A DNA stretch of 34,789 nucleotides, from contig SBFY01000188.1 of assembly GCA_006227085.1 (NCBI GenBank), positions 1 to 34,789 on the forward strand, in the 5' to 3' direction. Position 1 is the stretch's first letter, and each line of letters opens with the position of its first letter. This stretch comes from Gammaproteobacteria bacterium. GTDB lineage: Bacteria; Pseudomonadota; Gammaproteobacteria; Pseudomonadales; M0112. Shown here piece after piece: positions 9,694-19,399 of the stretch. Under the pieces are notes generated by a model. That model was not told the origin of the DNA, did no database searches, and worked only from the letters and a program-made list of their open reading frames with translations. A program made the position numbers and the translations under genes.

Positions 9694-9728
9694 GATAAAC
9701 GGCATGTCCGATTTGTCATGCAAACCGG

Positions 9729-10376
9729 TCAGGAAGCAGCTAACAACCCCAGGGCCTTACCTGCTTTGGCCACACGTTTCCCACGGATACAGGCCAGGTC
9801 ATCCGGCGTATCCAGGTCGCAAGCAAGGTCGGCTTGTGGCAGCACGCAACACCGCAACCCTTGCCGGACGCCACCCATCAGGTGTTTATCCAGACTGCCT
9901 TCACCGAAGGCAAACGGCATGGCGCAAGGTGGGCTCAACAACAGCGCATTGGTGCCTTGGCCATGACGGTCCGGCACCAGTGTGCAATGCCGGCCGGCGA
10001 TGCACTGGTGATAGTCAATCACCTCATCAATCGCAGCAGTGCTCACCAATGGCAAATCAGCATGCATCACCAGCACGGTATCGGCACCCTGCTCCTTGAC
10101 CCACAGCGCACCTTGCATGACAGCGGCATTCAAGCCCCTGGAGTGTTCAAGGAGCGTCATCACACCGGCGGATGTCGCTGCGGCAAGCACGGCCTCATCG
10201 GCACTGACGACCACCACGCCCGCCAATCGCTGGCTGCCGCGCAATGCAGTCAGGGCATCATCGAGCAAGGCCCGGCACAAGGCTTCACGCTGTGCCGCAT
10301 CCAACCCGTTCGCCAAGCGTTGCTTGCCTTCATTGAATGAACGCACTGGCAACACGGCCCAGACCACACCATTCAT
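9729..10376 (-). CDS. cofC: 2-phospho-L-lactate/PEP guanylyltransferase
   Basis: PVRSF..GKQRL, ADLP, PDRHGQGTNALLL, FGEGS, DLDTPDDL. Overlaps cofD by 4 bp. Confidence 0.92.
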   Translation of the reverse strand: MNGVVWAVLPVRSFNEGKQRLANGLDAAQREALCRALLDDALTALRGSQRLAGVVVVSADEAVLAAATSAGVMTLLEHSRGLNAAVMQGALWVKEQGADTVLVMHADLPLVSTAAIDEVIDYHQCIAGRHCTLVPDRHGQGTNALLLSPPCAMPFAFGEGSLDKHLMGGVRQGLRCCVLPQADLACDLDTPDDLACIRGKRVAKAGKALGLLAAS

Positions 10377-11311
10377 GCCAATGTCCCCGCGAAGGCCAGC
10401 ACATCTCGCGCCAGTTGCTCACGATCGGCCAGCGATTTCATGACGGTTTGGGTAACACAGACAGGCACCGCAGTGATGGCTCCTGCCTGGCTGGCATCAC
10501 AGGCATCCATCACAAAGCCATCCAGCACATCACCGTAATATTCCGCAACGGCAGCCGCGGTCACCGGCAGCTGCAATTCCGCCATCATTTTTGCTGCTGG
10601 CCCTTTCAGTGCTTGCCCGCCGACAATCGGGCTCACCGCAATCACCGGTGCAGTGGTTGCCTGCAAGGCTTCACGCAATGCCGGTATTGCCAACATCGGG
10701 CCAATACTGACAAAGGGATTCGATGGGCAGATGATCACTGCTTCCAACGCATCACTGCGCAAGCATTCCAGCAATGCTGGCAGAGGCTTAGCCGTCGTCG
10801 CACCAGCAAATGAAAAACCACTGACCACCGGACGGCATTGCTCACGCACAAAATAATGCTGGAACGGCAAATCGCCCTGCGCGGTATGCACGGTGGTGCG
10901 TACCGGATCATCACTCATCGGCAATACAGCCTGTGCAATGCCCAATCGTTGCGCCACATGCAGCGTCACCTGCGACAGGGAGTGCCCTTGCTGTAACAAG
11001 CGTGTGCGTTCGATGTGCAAGGCCAGGTCACGATCACCCAACTGGAACCAGCTTTCGCCACCCAGTTGCTTGAGTTGATCCATGAACGACCAGGTTTCAT
11101 TGGCCACACCCCAGCCACGCACGCTGTCATTCAACCCGGACAAGGTGTACAACACGGTATCGATATCAGGGCAGATCGACAGGCCAAGGTGTTCGAAATC
11201 ATCGCCGGTATTGGCAACAATCATCAATTCACCTACAGACAGGACACGCGACAGGCCCAGCGCCAGCTTGGCACCACCGACACCACCACTGAGCGCCAGC
11301 ACCTTACTCAA
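10373..11311 (-). CDS. cofD: 2-phospho-L-lactate transferase (LPPG:FO transferase)
   Basis: LSGGVGGAKL, NTGDD, ICPDIDT, WFQLGDRDLA, PSNPFVSIGP, GPAAKMM. Confidence 0.95.
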   Translation of the reverse strand: MSKVLALSGGVGGAKLALGLSRVLSVGELMIVANTGDDFEHLGLSICPDIDTVLYTLSGLNDSVRGWGVANETWSFMDQLKQLGGESWFQLGDRDLALHIERTRLLQQGHSLSQVTLHVAQRLGIAQAVLPMSDDPVRTTVHTAQGDLPFQHYFVREQCRPVVSGFSFAGATTAKPLPALLECLRSDALEAVIICPSNPFVSIGPMLAIPALREALQATTAPVIAVSPIVGGQALKGPAAKMMAELQLPVTAAAVAEYYGDVLDGFVMDACDASQAGAITAVPVCVTQTVMKSLADREQLARDVLAFAGTLA

Positions 11312-12075
11312 CGGAACAAGTCCTCATGCGCCGGACGCACCAGCTCACGGCCACTGGCCTGCTCATCAACCGGCAACGACACACCACGCACCAACACCAC
11401 GGGGATCGACTCATTGGCCTGCCCCATCACCGTCGATGCTGCACAGGCCAGTTCATCGGCGACTGCCACTTGCGTGACTTCCAGGGCACGGCCAAACAAA
11501 TCCTTGCGGCCGATACAATCCTGTACCGGCTTGAAGCCGCTGACGCCAATCGCAAACGAGGTAATGCCATTGCGCCACGGTCGTCCCGTGCTGTCATTGA
11601 TGATCACGCCCGGCGCCACCCCGCAGCGTTCACGCAAGGCCGATCGCAACTGTGCGGCGCTGGCATCCGGGTTTTCCGGCAACAGCAAGGCCTGTGCCTT
11701 GCCATTCACTGTTTCCACATTGGATTGGTCAATACCGGCGTTGGCCTGCACAAAACCCAGGGTGTGCTCCACAATCACCACACCCTTGCGCTTGCGCACC
11801 ACGCGCACCGATTCATCCAGGATCAACTGGATCAAACGCGGGTCCTTGCCGACTTCCTCCGCCAATGTGCGCGCAGCATCACTGATGACCACGTCATCCA
11901 GCACGCGGAAACGGTTTTCGGATTTGGAAATGATTTTCTGTGCCACCACCAGGATATCGCCTGCTTGCAAGCGAAGGTTGTTCGCTTGCAAGGCATCGGC
12001 AATCAGGGCAGCCACATCATCACCGGCCTTCACCATCGGCAAGCCGGTGATGCCAATCAACTGCATCGCAGGCAA
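11308..12075 (-). CDS. cofE: Coenzyme F420-0:L-glutamate ligase (single domain)
   Basis: VVAQKIISKSE, ANAGIDQSN, DSTGRPWR.G, ADELACAA..VMGQ, DLFR. Confidence 0.95.
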   Translation of the reverse strand: MPAMQLIGITGLPMVKAGDDVAALIADALQANNLRLQAGDILVVAQKIISKSENRFRVLDDVVISDAARTLAEEVGKDPRLIQLILDESVRVVRKRKGVVIVEHTLGFVQANAGIDQSNVETVNGKAQALLLPENPDASAAQLRSALRERCGVAPGVIINDSTGRPWRNGITSFAIGVSGFKPVQDCIGRKDLFGRALEVTQVAVADELACAASTVMGQANESIPVVLVRGVSLPVDEQASGRELVRPAHEDLFR

Positions 12076-12078
12076 GAC

Positions 12079-12762
12079 TCAGTGACCGCCTTCCGTGCCC
12101 GTAATGCGGATACCGGCATGGCATTTGAACTGGCGATTGATGTTGATCAGGATGGACGTCAGTGCTTCAGCCGCCGCGGCATTGGCAATCGGGCCGATAC
12201 TGAAACCCCGCATACCGCAGGCTTCCACCAAACCCACCACCGTTTCACGGGCTTCCTTGTCATTACCAGCCACCAGCACATCACAGGCGATCGGGCCACC
12301 TTCCTGCAGGTGATGTGCCGCCACGTTCTGGAACGCCGAAACCACTTTGACGCCATCACCCAGCAGTGCCTGCGCTTCCTGCCCGGCGCTACCGGCAGCT
12401 GGCAATTGCACCGTGCCCACCTTGGGCGGGCGCAGGGGCACGGTCACATCAATCAGGATCTTGCCTTGCAAGCTCTCACGCACCGTTTCCAGCGTGCCAC
12501 GCTGGTGGTCATACGGCACCGTCAAGGCAGCAATGTCCGCAGCCGCAGCGGCGGCTGCATTTTCCATGGCCTCCACCTTGGCACCACGGATGCCCTGGTC
12601 TTCCAACCAGGCATGCAGGGCCTTGGCGCCTTCAGCCGCCTTTTCCGCCGTCCGCGACCCGATAATCACGGGATAACCGGCGCGCGCCCAGCGACGGGCC
12701 AGTCCGGTGCCCAGATCCCCGGTACCACCGAGGACTGCAATAACGGGTTTTGCGTCAGACAT
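12079..12762 (-). CDS. npdG: NADPH-dependent F420 reductase (Fno/NpdG)
   Basis: GGTGDLG.GLA.RW, IGSR, VVSAFQNVAA, LININR. First gene of the cof cluster. Confidence 0.92.
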   Translation of the reverse strand: MSDAKPVIAVLGGTGDLGTGLARRWARAGYPVIIGSRTAEKAAEGAKALHAWLEDQGIRGAKVEAMENAAAAAAADIAALTVPYDHQRGTLETVRESLQGKILIDVTVPLRPPKVGTVQLPAAGSAGQEAQALLGDGVKVVSAFQNVAAHHLQEGGPIACDVLVAGNDKEARETVVGLVEACGMRGFSIGPIANAAAAEALTSILININRQFKCHAGIRITGTEGGH

Positions 12763-12800
12763 GGGAAAACTCCTGTTCGGTCAATGGGAAAACGGGGGCG

Positions 12801-12809
12801 ATTCTACCA
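12801..12809 (-). promoter_or_regulatory. Putative extended -10 promoter for the F420 operon
   Basis: Minus strand TGgTAGAAT about 40 bp upstream of the npdG start. Confidence 0.4.
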
Positions 12810-12902
12810 GCCACGAGGCCTGCACAGCCAATCGCACCCAAGGGATGGCTTCCGTATAATACGCGCCTTGTCACAAAAGGATCATTCAAGGGAGCCCAAC
12901 GG

Positions 12903-13679
12903 ATGAATAACCCACTGGACATGAGCCAACGCGTCGTCATCGTCACGGGCGGCAGCCGCGGTGTCGGTAAAGGCATTACCGAATGTTTTCTCGCCGCCGG
13001 TGCCACCGTGGTCATTTGTGGCCGCAATGCTCCCGAGGCCATGCCTGCCGCCGCTGGCCGCAGCGCTATCTTCCACGCCCTTGATGTGCGTGATGTGGAG
13101 CAGGTCAATGCCTTTGTCGAACAGGTCAAGGCAGACCACGGGCGCATTGACTGCCTGGTCAACAATGCCGGTGGTGCCCCGCACGCGGAGGCCGCCACAG
13201 CCTCACCGCGTTTCCATGAGTCGATTGTGCGCCTGAACCTGCTGGCCCCGCTGAACATGGCACAGGCCGTCAACCGGGTGATGCAGGAACAGGCTGATGG
13301 CGGCAGCATCGTCAACATCGCCAGCGTCAGCGCCGTGCGCCCTTCACCCGGCACGGCGGCGTATGGCGCCGCCAAGGCAGGCCTGGTCAACCTGACCACC
13401 TCACTGGCCATTGAATGGGCCCCCAAGGTGCGCATGAATGCCATCATTGCCGGCCTGATCGAAACCGAGCAATCGCACCTGCACTACGGGGATGAATCGG
13501 GGATTGCCGCCGTTGCCAGCACGATCCCGCTGGGGCGTATGGCCAGACCGCAAGATATCGGCGAGGCCTGCCTGTACCTGGCCTCACCGCTGTCGGCGTA
13601 TGTCACGGGTTCTACCCTGACTGTTCATGGTGGTGGCGAGAAACCCGCCTTCCTGGGGGCATCGACCGCCGGGCATTGA
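12903..13679 (+). CDS. Short-chain dehydrogenase/reductase
   Basis: TGGSRGVG, NNAG and YGAAK. GGAG precedes the ATG at 12903, and TATAAT lies at 12855-12860. Confidence 0.92.
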   Translation: MNNPLDMSQRVVIVTGGSRGVGKGITECFLAAGATVVICGRNAPEAMPAAAGRSAIFHALDVRDVEQVNAFVEQVKADHGRIDCLVNNAGGAPHAEAATASPRFHESIVRLNLLAPLNMAQAVNRVMQEQADGGSIVNIASVSAVRPSPGTAAYGAAKAGLVNLTTSLAIEWAPKVRMNAIIAGLIETEQSHLHYGDESGIAAVASTIPLGRMARPQDIGEACLYLASPLSAYVTGSTLTVHGGGEKPAFLGASTAGH

Positions 13680-13691
13680 TGTGGCCGGAGC

Positions 13692-14633
13692 CTAGTCCTT
13701 CCGCTGCCAGCGCGCTGGTGGATCAAGCACGCCTTCCATACCCTTGGGTGCCTTGCCCCAGCAACTGATCCGCTGCTGGTGCAAGGCACAGAAATGCTTG
13801 CCACCGACAGCGACTGCCATGATCTCACCCTTGGCCTGTTTGCCTGTCGCCAGCTTGCCATCGGCATCCCAGCAATCCAGTCCCGATGGGGAAATCAGGC
13901 AATGGCGCGCACCCCGGCTGGACAACAGCACCGGCTCAAAACGCTGCGGCACTTCCACGTTCTCGCCCGTTTCCAGGCTGCGGCAAAACATGCCTCGGCT
14001 ATGGATGGCACATAACTGGTTAGCCCCCATCGACAAGGACACCGGATTACGGATGCCGGTAATGCGCAGGGGTTCACTGGATGGCAAATTTCCCCAGCAG
14101 GTGATTTCACGGCTGGAGGCGACGCATGTCCTCGCTTTACCTGCAGCCACCAACTCGACGGTTGGCAGCCCGGCTGGCACATCCAATTGACCGGACTGGT
14201 TGCTGCCCCAGCAATTGACCTTGCCATCTGCCAGCGCACAACTGTGCGCGCTGCCAGCGGCGACCATGATGGCATTGCTGATCACCGGTGCGGATGCCTG
14301 TCCGGAAGCATTGTTGCCCCAACACACCACCTTGCCGCCATCAACGGCACAGGCATGTGCATCCCCTGCCGCCAGATCCATGACCCGGGACAAGCCTTCC
14401 GGCACGTCCAGCTGGCCTTGGGCGTTATCACCCCAACACTCCACCACACCAGCAGAAGCCACGCAGGTAAAGGTTTCGCCGGCCACCAGGCGAGTCGCAT
14501 CCACCCACGGATCCTCTGCCAGCACCACCCGTGATTGCGCATCCTTGACGGCCAGCTCCGGGGCTTGCAGGCGATCACAACCCACGCAAGCGCAGACACA
14601 CAACAACCATAAGCAAGAAATGCCGTGCTTCAT
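13692..14633 (-). CDS. RCC1/BLIP-II-like beta-propeller repeat protein, probable lipoprotein
   Basis: About seven repeats of AAG..H.CA...G.V.CWG.N..GQ. The N-terminal hydrophobic stretch ends in VGC, and an AGGAG RBS is present. Confidence 0.85.
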   Translation of the reverse strand: MKHGISCLWLLCVCACVGCDRLQAPELAVKDAQSRVVLAEDPWVDATRLVAGETFTCVASAGVVECWGDNAQGQLDVPEGLSRVMDLAAGDAHACAVDGGKVVCWGNNASGQASAPVISNAIMVAAGSAHSCALADGKVNCWGSNQSGQLDVPAGLPTVELVAAGKARTCVASSREITCWGNLPSSEPLRITGIRNPVSLSMGANQLCAIHSRGMFCRSLETGENVEVPQRFEPVLLSSRGARHCLISPSGLDCWDADGKLATGKQAKGEIMAVAVGGKHFCALHQQRISCWGKAPKGMEGVLDPPARWQRKD

Positions 14634-14746
14634 GCCGAAACCAACTCCTGGCGTATTTATAGATAGTCTAGGTGATCAGCCAACTTGAAGAAACTGCCCC
14701 CAAGCCTGATGATAAGGGGACAACCCACAGGGAAAGGAGAAGGAAG

Positions 14747-15337
14747 ATGGGAGGCTGGATTTTCTGGATCGTGGTGATCGCGCTGGTACTGTTCGTGGTC
14801 ACCATTTACAACCGCCTGGTGCAGCTGCGCAATCGTTACCAGAACGCATTCTCACAGATCGAGGTGCAGCTCAAGCGCCGCTATGACCTGATCCCCAACC
14901 TGGTGGAAACGGCCAAGGCTTACCTGACCCATGAACGCGAAACCCTCGAAGCGGTCACTGCAGCACGCAACCAGGCTTTGGCTGGCTTGCAGGCTGCTGC
15001 CCGCGACCCCGGCAATGCTGACGCCATTCGCCAGCTGGCCAGCGCTGAAGGCGCCCTGGGCGGCGCGCTGGGCAGGCTCAATGTCGCTGTTGAAGCCTAT
15101 CCTGACCTCAAGGCCAACCAGAACATCCTGCAAGTGCAGGAAGAACTGACCACCACTGAAAACAAGGTGGCCTTCTCACGCCAGGCGTTCAACGATTCGG
15201 TGATGGAATACAACACCTATCGACAGAGCTTCCCACCCGTGGTGTTTGCTGGCTGGTTTGGCCATAGCAAGGATGCCAGCCTGCTGGAATTTGAAGACAG
15301 CAAACAGATCCAGCAAGCGCCCAAGGTGCAGTTCTAA
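14747..15337 (+). CDS. lemA: LemA family protein
   Basis: N-terminal TM segment, IEVQLKRRYDLIPNLVET, EAYPDLKAN, TENKVAFSRQAFND. Confidence 0.95.
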   Translation: MGGWIFWIVVIALVLFVVTIYNRLVQLRNRYQNAFSQIEVQLKRRYDLIPNLVETAKAYLTHERETLEAVTAARNQALAGLQAAARDPGNADAIRQLASAEGALGGALGRLNVAVEAYPDLKANQNILQVQEELTTTENKVAFSRQAFNDSVMEYNTYRQSFPPVVFAGWFGHSKDASLLEFEDSKQIQQAPKVQF

Positions 15338-15361
15338 CACGCGCCTGCCCGGAAACGGCAC

Positions 15362-17338
15362 GTGAATTTCTTCAAGGCCCAGGACCAGGCCCGTCAACGC
15401 ACCACCGTACTGGTGGTGCTGTTCATGCTGGCTGTGCTGGTGCTGATCGCACTCACCTGCGTGCTGTTTCATGTGTTCTGGTTCGGCATGGAAGGTGGCT
15501 CCACCACCATGACCGACCCGGAAAACCGCCACCAGGCGTTTTCCATGATCCAGTGGAAGGCCAATGCCTGGATTGCAACCGGTGTCATCCTGGTGGTCGG
15601 GCTTGCGTCACTGTTCAAATTGCTCGAATTGCGTGCGGGTGGCAAAGCCGTCGCCGAATTGATGGGGGCACGCCGGGTCAGCCGCGATTCCGGCGATCCT
15701 GACGAACGCAAACTGCTCAACATCGTTGAAGAAATGGCCATCGCCAGTGGCACACCGGTACCGCCCGTATACGTGATGGACAAGGAGCTGGCCATCAATG
15801 CCTTCGCTGCCGGCTACGCGCCAGCCGATGCCATTGTCTGTGTTACCCGCGGCACCATGACCTTGCTTGATCGCGACCAGTTACAAGGTGTCATCGCGCA
15901 TGAGTTCAGCCACATTTTCAATGGCGACATGCGCCTCAACATCCGTTTGATGGCCATCCTTGCCGGCATCCTGTTTCTCGGCGAAACCGGCCGCTTCCTG
16001 CTGCGTTCGTTCAGTAATAACCGCTCACGGCGCTCCCGTAATGATGGTGCCGGCGGCATTGCCTTGCTGGGACTGGGCCTGATGCTCATCGGTTACGCCG
16101 GCATTTTCTTTGGCAACCTGATCAAGGCCGCTGTGAGCCGCCAGCGCGAGTTCCTCGCCGATGCCTCTGCCGTGCAATTTACCCGCAACCCGGAAGGCAT
16201 CGGTGGTGCATTGAAACTGATTGGTGGATTCAGCCTGGGCTCGCATATCAACCGAGCCAATGCGGGTGAAATCAGCCATTTCTTTTTCAGTGATGCCCTG
16301 CACAACCACTTCAACAGCTGGTTCGCCACACACCCGCGCATTGATGATCGCATCCGCGCGATTGAGCCACGCTGGGATGGCAACTTCCTGTTACCGCCCA
16401 AAGAAGTGGTCACCGCCATGGCCAAAGGGATGGCGGAAGAAACCCGCACATCCGCCCCGGCTGCCACCGGTGCAGCACTGGCAGCCGTGGCCGCTACTGC
16501 CGATGTGGTTGCCGGCGAACACATGGAAGAAGCCATCAACAATACCGGCGAACCAGCTGCCAGCCATCTTGGGCTGGCCCAGCAACTGATTGCCAGCATC
16601 CCGGATGCCATCAAGGATGCGGCGCACAATGCCTGGAGCGCACGCGCAGTGATCTATGCGCTGCTGATGGACACCCGGCCCGACATCCGTGCCGCCCAAG
16701 TGCGCGACATGGAAAGCAGTGAAGCAGCGCTCGCTGATCTCGCACAACGCCTGCAAGAACCGGTGCAATCACTCGACATCCGCGCGCGCCTGCCATTAAT
16801 TGAAATGACCATGCCTGCCCTCAAGGACATGTCGGCCGAACAATTCGCTGCGTTCCGCAAACAACTGGTGTTGCTGGCCAAAGCCGACCAACGCATCACG
16901 CCGTTTGAATGGGCACTGGCACGCGTGCTCATTCACGACCTTGGCCCCGCCTTCAACCACGCGCGCCCCAAGGCACCACGCCATAAGAACATTCGCAGCG
17001 TGCAGGACGCCTGCCAGGTCGCACTGTCTTTCCTGGCATGCCGTGATGCCAAAGCCGATTCACCCGAAGCAGAGCATGCCTATGCCAATGGTGCACGCAC
17101 ACTCGGCATCATCGTGCCTTTCCTGCCGGAAGCAGCACATGACCTGAAAAAACTGGGCACTGCCATGGATGAACTGGCGTTGTGCTACCCCTTGGTCAAA
17201 CCGGTATTACTGAAAGCGTTTGCGGCAACGCTAACGGCCGATGGCAAACTCTGCGCAGAAGAAGCGGAATGCCTGCGCGCCATGGCTGCAATCCTCGATT
17301 GCCCTATCCCGCCAATCGACCTGGACGTTAGCGCATAA
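15362..17338 (+). CDS. M48 family (HtpX-like) membrane zinc metallopeptidase with a long C-terminal extension
   Basis: INAFAAG, HEFSH, SRQREFLADA and THP. The position directly after lemA is a known pairing. GTG start. Confidence 0.92.
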   Translation: MNFFKAQDQARQRTTVLVVLFMLAVLVLIALTCVLFHVFWFGMEGGSTTMTDPENRHQAFSMIQWKANAWIATGVILVVGLASLFKLLELRAGGKAVAELMGARRVSRDSGDPDERKLLNIVEEMAIASGTPVPPVYVMDKELAINAFAAGYAPADAIVCVTRGTMTLLDRDQLQGVIAHEFSHIFNGDMRLNIRLMAILAGILFLGETGRFLLRSFSNNRSRRSRNDGAGGIALLGLGLMLIGYAGIFFGNLIKAAVSRQREFLADASAVQFTRNPEGIGGALKLIGGFSLGSHINRANAGEISHFFFSDALHNHFNSWFATHPRIDDRIRAIEPRWDGNFLLPPKEVVTAMAKGMAEETRTSAPAATGAALAAVAATADVVAGEHMEEAINNTGEPAASHLGLAQQLIASIPDAIKDAAHNAWSARAVIYALLMDTRPDIRAAQVRDMESSEAALADLAQRLQEPVQSLDIRARLPLIEMTMPALKDMSAEQFAAFRKQLVLLAKADQRITPFEWALARVLIHDLGPAFNHARPKAPRHKNIRSVQDACQVALSFLACRDAKADSPEAEHAYANGARTLGIIVPFLPEAAHDLKKLGTAMDELALCYPLVKPVLLKAFAATLTADGKLCAEEAECLRAMAAILDCPIPPIDLDVSA

Positions 17339-17358
17339 CCCGGGCGAGGACGCCACGC

Positions 17359-18549
17359 ATGGGAACACACGACCTACTCTGGCAACTGGCCTTACTGATC
17401 ATCAGCGCCCGCGTCCTTGGGGAATGCGCTTCCCGGCTGGGTTATCCCGCCGTATTGGGCGAAATCCTCACCGGCCTGCTGTTAGGCCCCAGCTTGCTGG
17501 GCGTTATCCAGGTCACGGAAACACTGCACACACTGGGACAGATTGGCGTGGTGTTGCTGTTATTCCGGATCGGCCAGAGCAGTGATATCCAGCACTTGCG
17601 CCGTCATGGCAAAGCCGGCCTGGCACTGGCGACCACCGGCGTCATCCTGCCGTTAGCGCTCGGCTTCTGGGCATGTCGCCTGCTGGGCCTGAATGAAACC
17701 ATCGCCCTGATGGTCGCCTGCACATTAACCGCCACCAGTATCGGCATTACCCTGAGAACACTGTCTGACCTGAAACAAACCGACACACCGATCAGCAACA
17801 CCGTACTGACCGCCGCCATCCTTGATGACATCATGGGTGTCATCCTGCTGAGCCTGACCTACCAGTTCGCGGTCACCAACAGCATTGACCTGGTCCAGAC
17901 TTTGGCGGTCGGTAGTTCGGTACTGGTATTTTTCCTGCTGTCACCGATTGCCGCCCGTATCATCGCCACGCTGATCCGCCATGTCGCTGACACTTCGCAT
18001 ATTCCTGGCCTCACCTCCACCGCCAGCCTTGCGCTGGTACTGGTGTTTGCCGCGATTGCTGAAGTCATCGGGGCACCGGCATTGTTGGGCGGGTTCGCCG
18101 CAGGATTGGCGCTTTCACACCATTTCATGATCCCGATTGACCTGGAAACAGAAGCCGAAGACCGCTTTGTCGAAAAAGTCCGCCAGGCCATGCACCCGAT
18201 CGAGCAATTGTTCACGCCAATTTTCTTTGTGGTGGTCGGTGCCTCCATTGACCTGTCGCAGATCGAATGGCAATCCCCCACGCTGTTGGCACTGGTCACC
18301 CTGCTGACCTTGACCGGCATTGCCGGCAAAGTGGTGGCCGGCCTGCCCTTGTTGCGCTGGCCATGGCGCGATCGCTGGACGCTGGGCATCGCCATGATGG
18401 CACGCGGCGAAGTGTTTCTCGTGTTTGCCGAACTCGGGCGCTCCTCCGGCTTATTCGACAACACCTTGTACACTGCCTTGATCCTGGTCATGGTGATCAT
18501 CACCCTGATCGCGCCGATATGTTTAAAATGGATGCTGAAACCCGCATAG
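17359..18549 (+). CDS. Cation:proton antiporter, CPA2 (NapA/KefB-like)
   Basis: GEILTGLLLGPS, TATSIGIT, AAILDDIMG, PIFFVVVG, ARGEV and about 12 TM segments. Confidence 0.9.
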   Translation: MGTHDLLWQLALLIISARVLGECASRLGYPAVLGEILTGLLLGPSLLGVIQVTETLHTLGQIGVVLLLFRIGQSSDIQHLRRHGKAGLALATTGVILPLALGFWACRLLGLNETIALMVACTLTATSIGITLRTLSDLKQTDTPISNTVLTAAILDDIMGVILLSLTYQFAVTNSIDLVQTLAVGSSVLVFFLLSPIAARIIATLIRHVADTSHIPGLTSTASLALVLVFAAIAEVIGAPALLGGFAAGLALSHHFMIPIDLETEAEDRFVEKVRQAMHPIEQLFTPIFFVVVGASIDLSQIEWQSPTLLALVTLLTLTGIAGKVVAGLPLLRWPWRDRWTLGIAMMARGEVFLVFAELGRSSGLFDNTLYTALILVMVIITLIAPICLKWMLKPA

Positions 18550-18559
18550 GACCTCACCC

Positions 18560-19399
18560 ATGAGCCTGTACAAAAAACTGTTTGTCGTCATCGACCCGAC
18601 CAACAAAAAGCAGCCCGCACTCGAGCGCGCCATTACCCTTGCACAAGAAAGCAAAGGCAAGCTGCACTTGTTCCTGGCGATTCACAAACCGGTCGAAGCG
18701 CTGGCCGATCACAGCTCGCGCAAACAAGGCAAGCAAGCCACCCTTGCCGAATGGAAGCGCACCTTGCAAACCTATGCCGAGCACAGTCGTGCACAGGGCA
18801 TCAGCGCCAAGGTGGATGTCTGCTGGAATGACCATTGGTACCAATCCGTGTCACGGGCAGCCATGCGTGCCGATGCCGACCTTGTGGTGAAATCCACATT
18901 CCGTCACGGCAAGGCGCAGCGCCTGATGCACGGCACCTCCGACTGGACCATCATGCGTCACAGCCCTGCCCCGGTATGGCTGGTGCGCGAACGCAAGAAA
19001 GCCGAGGGCAAGAGCATCGTCGCAGCGCTGGATCTCGAAGCCACCGACGAAGGCCATATCCGTCTCAATAACAGCATCCTCAAGCATGCCCGCAACATGG
19101 CCAGCCTGTTCGGCCTGCCATTGCATGTGGTGGCCGCCATCTCACGCAAACCGGACTTCAGCCACATCACCCACGGCAGCGATGACACACTGGAAGACAT
19201 CCTTGGCGTTGAGCCCGGCCGCCTGCACCTGGTGAAAGGCGCCCCACGCACGGTCATCCCGAAACATGCCGAACTGCTCAAGGCGGGTATTGTCGTCATT
19301 GGTACCGCTGGCCGCAGTGGCGCGAAAGGTGTGCTGGTGGGTAATACCGTTGAGAAAGTACTCGACCAACTGGCCTGTGACGTACTGGCGATCAATTAA
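18560..19399 (+). CDS. Universal stress protein with tandem USP domains (UspE-like)
   Basis: VVIDP...QPALERA, TSDWTIMRHSPAPVWLV, GTAGRSG..GVLVGNTVEKVLD.L.CDVL. Confidence 0.9.
   Translation: MSLYKKLFVVIDPTNKKQPALERAITLAQESKGKLHLFLAIHKPVEALADHSSRKQGKQATLAEWKRTLQTYAEHSRAQGISAKVDVCWNDHWYQSVSRAAMRADADLVVKSTFRHGKAQRLMHGTSDWTIMRHSPAPVWLVRERKKAEGKSIVAALDLEATDEGHIRLNNSILKHARNMASLFGLPLHVVAAISRKPDFSHITHGSDDTLEDILGVEPGRLHLVKGAPRTVIPKHAELLKAGIVVIGTAGRSGAKGVLVGNTVEKVLDQLACDVLAIN

Noticed and set aside
11015-12906. 356-aa and 526-aa plus-strand ORFs
   Set aside because: Antisense shadows of cofD/cofE/npdG, expected from GC-rich codon bias.
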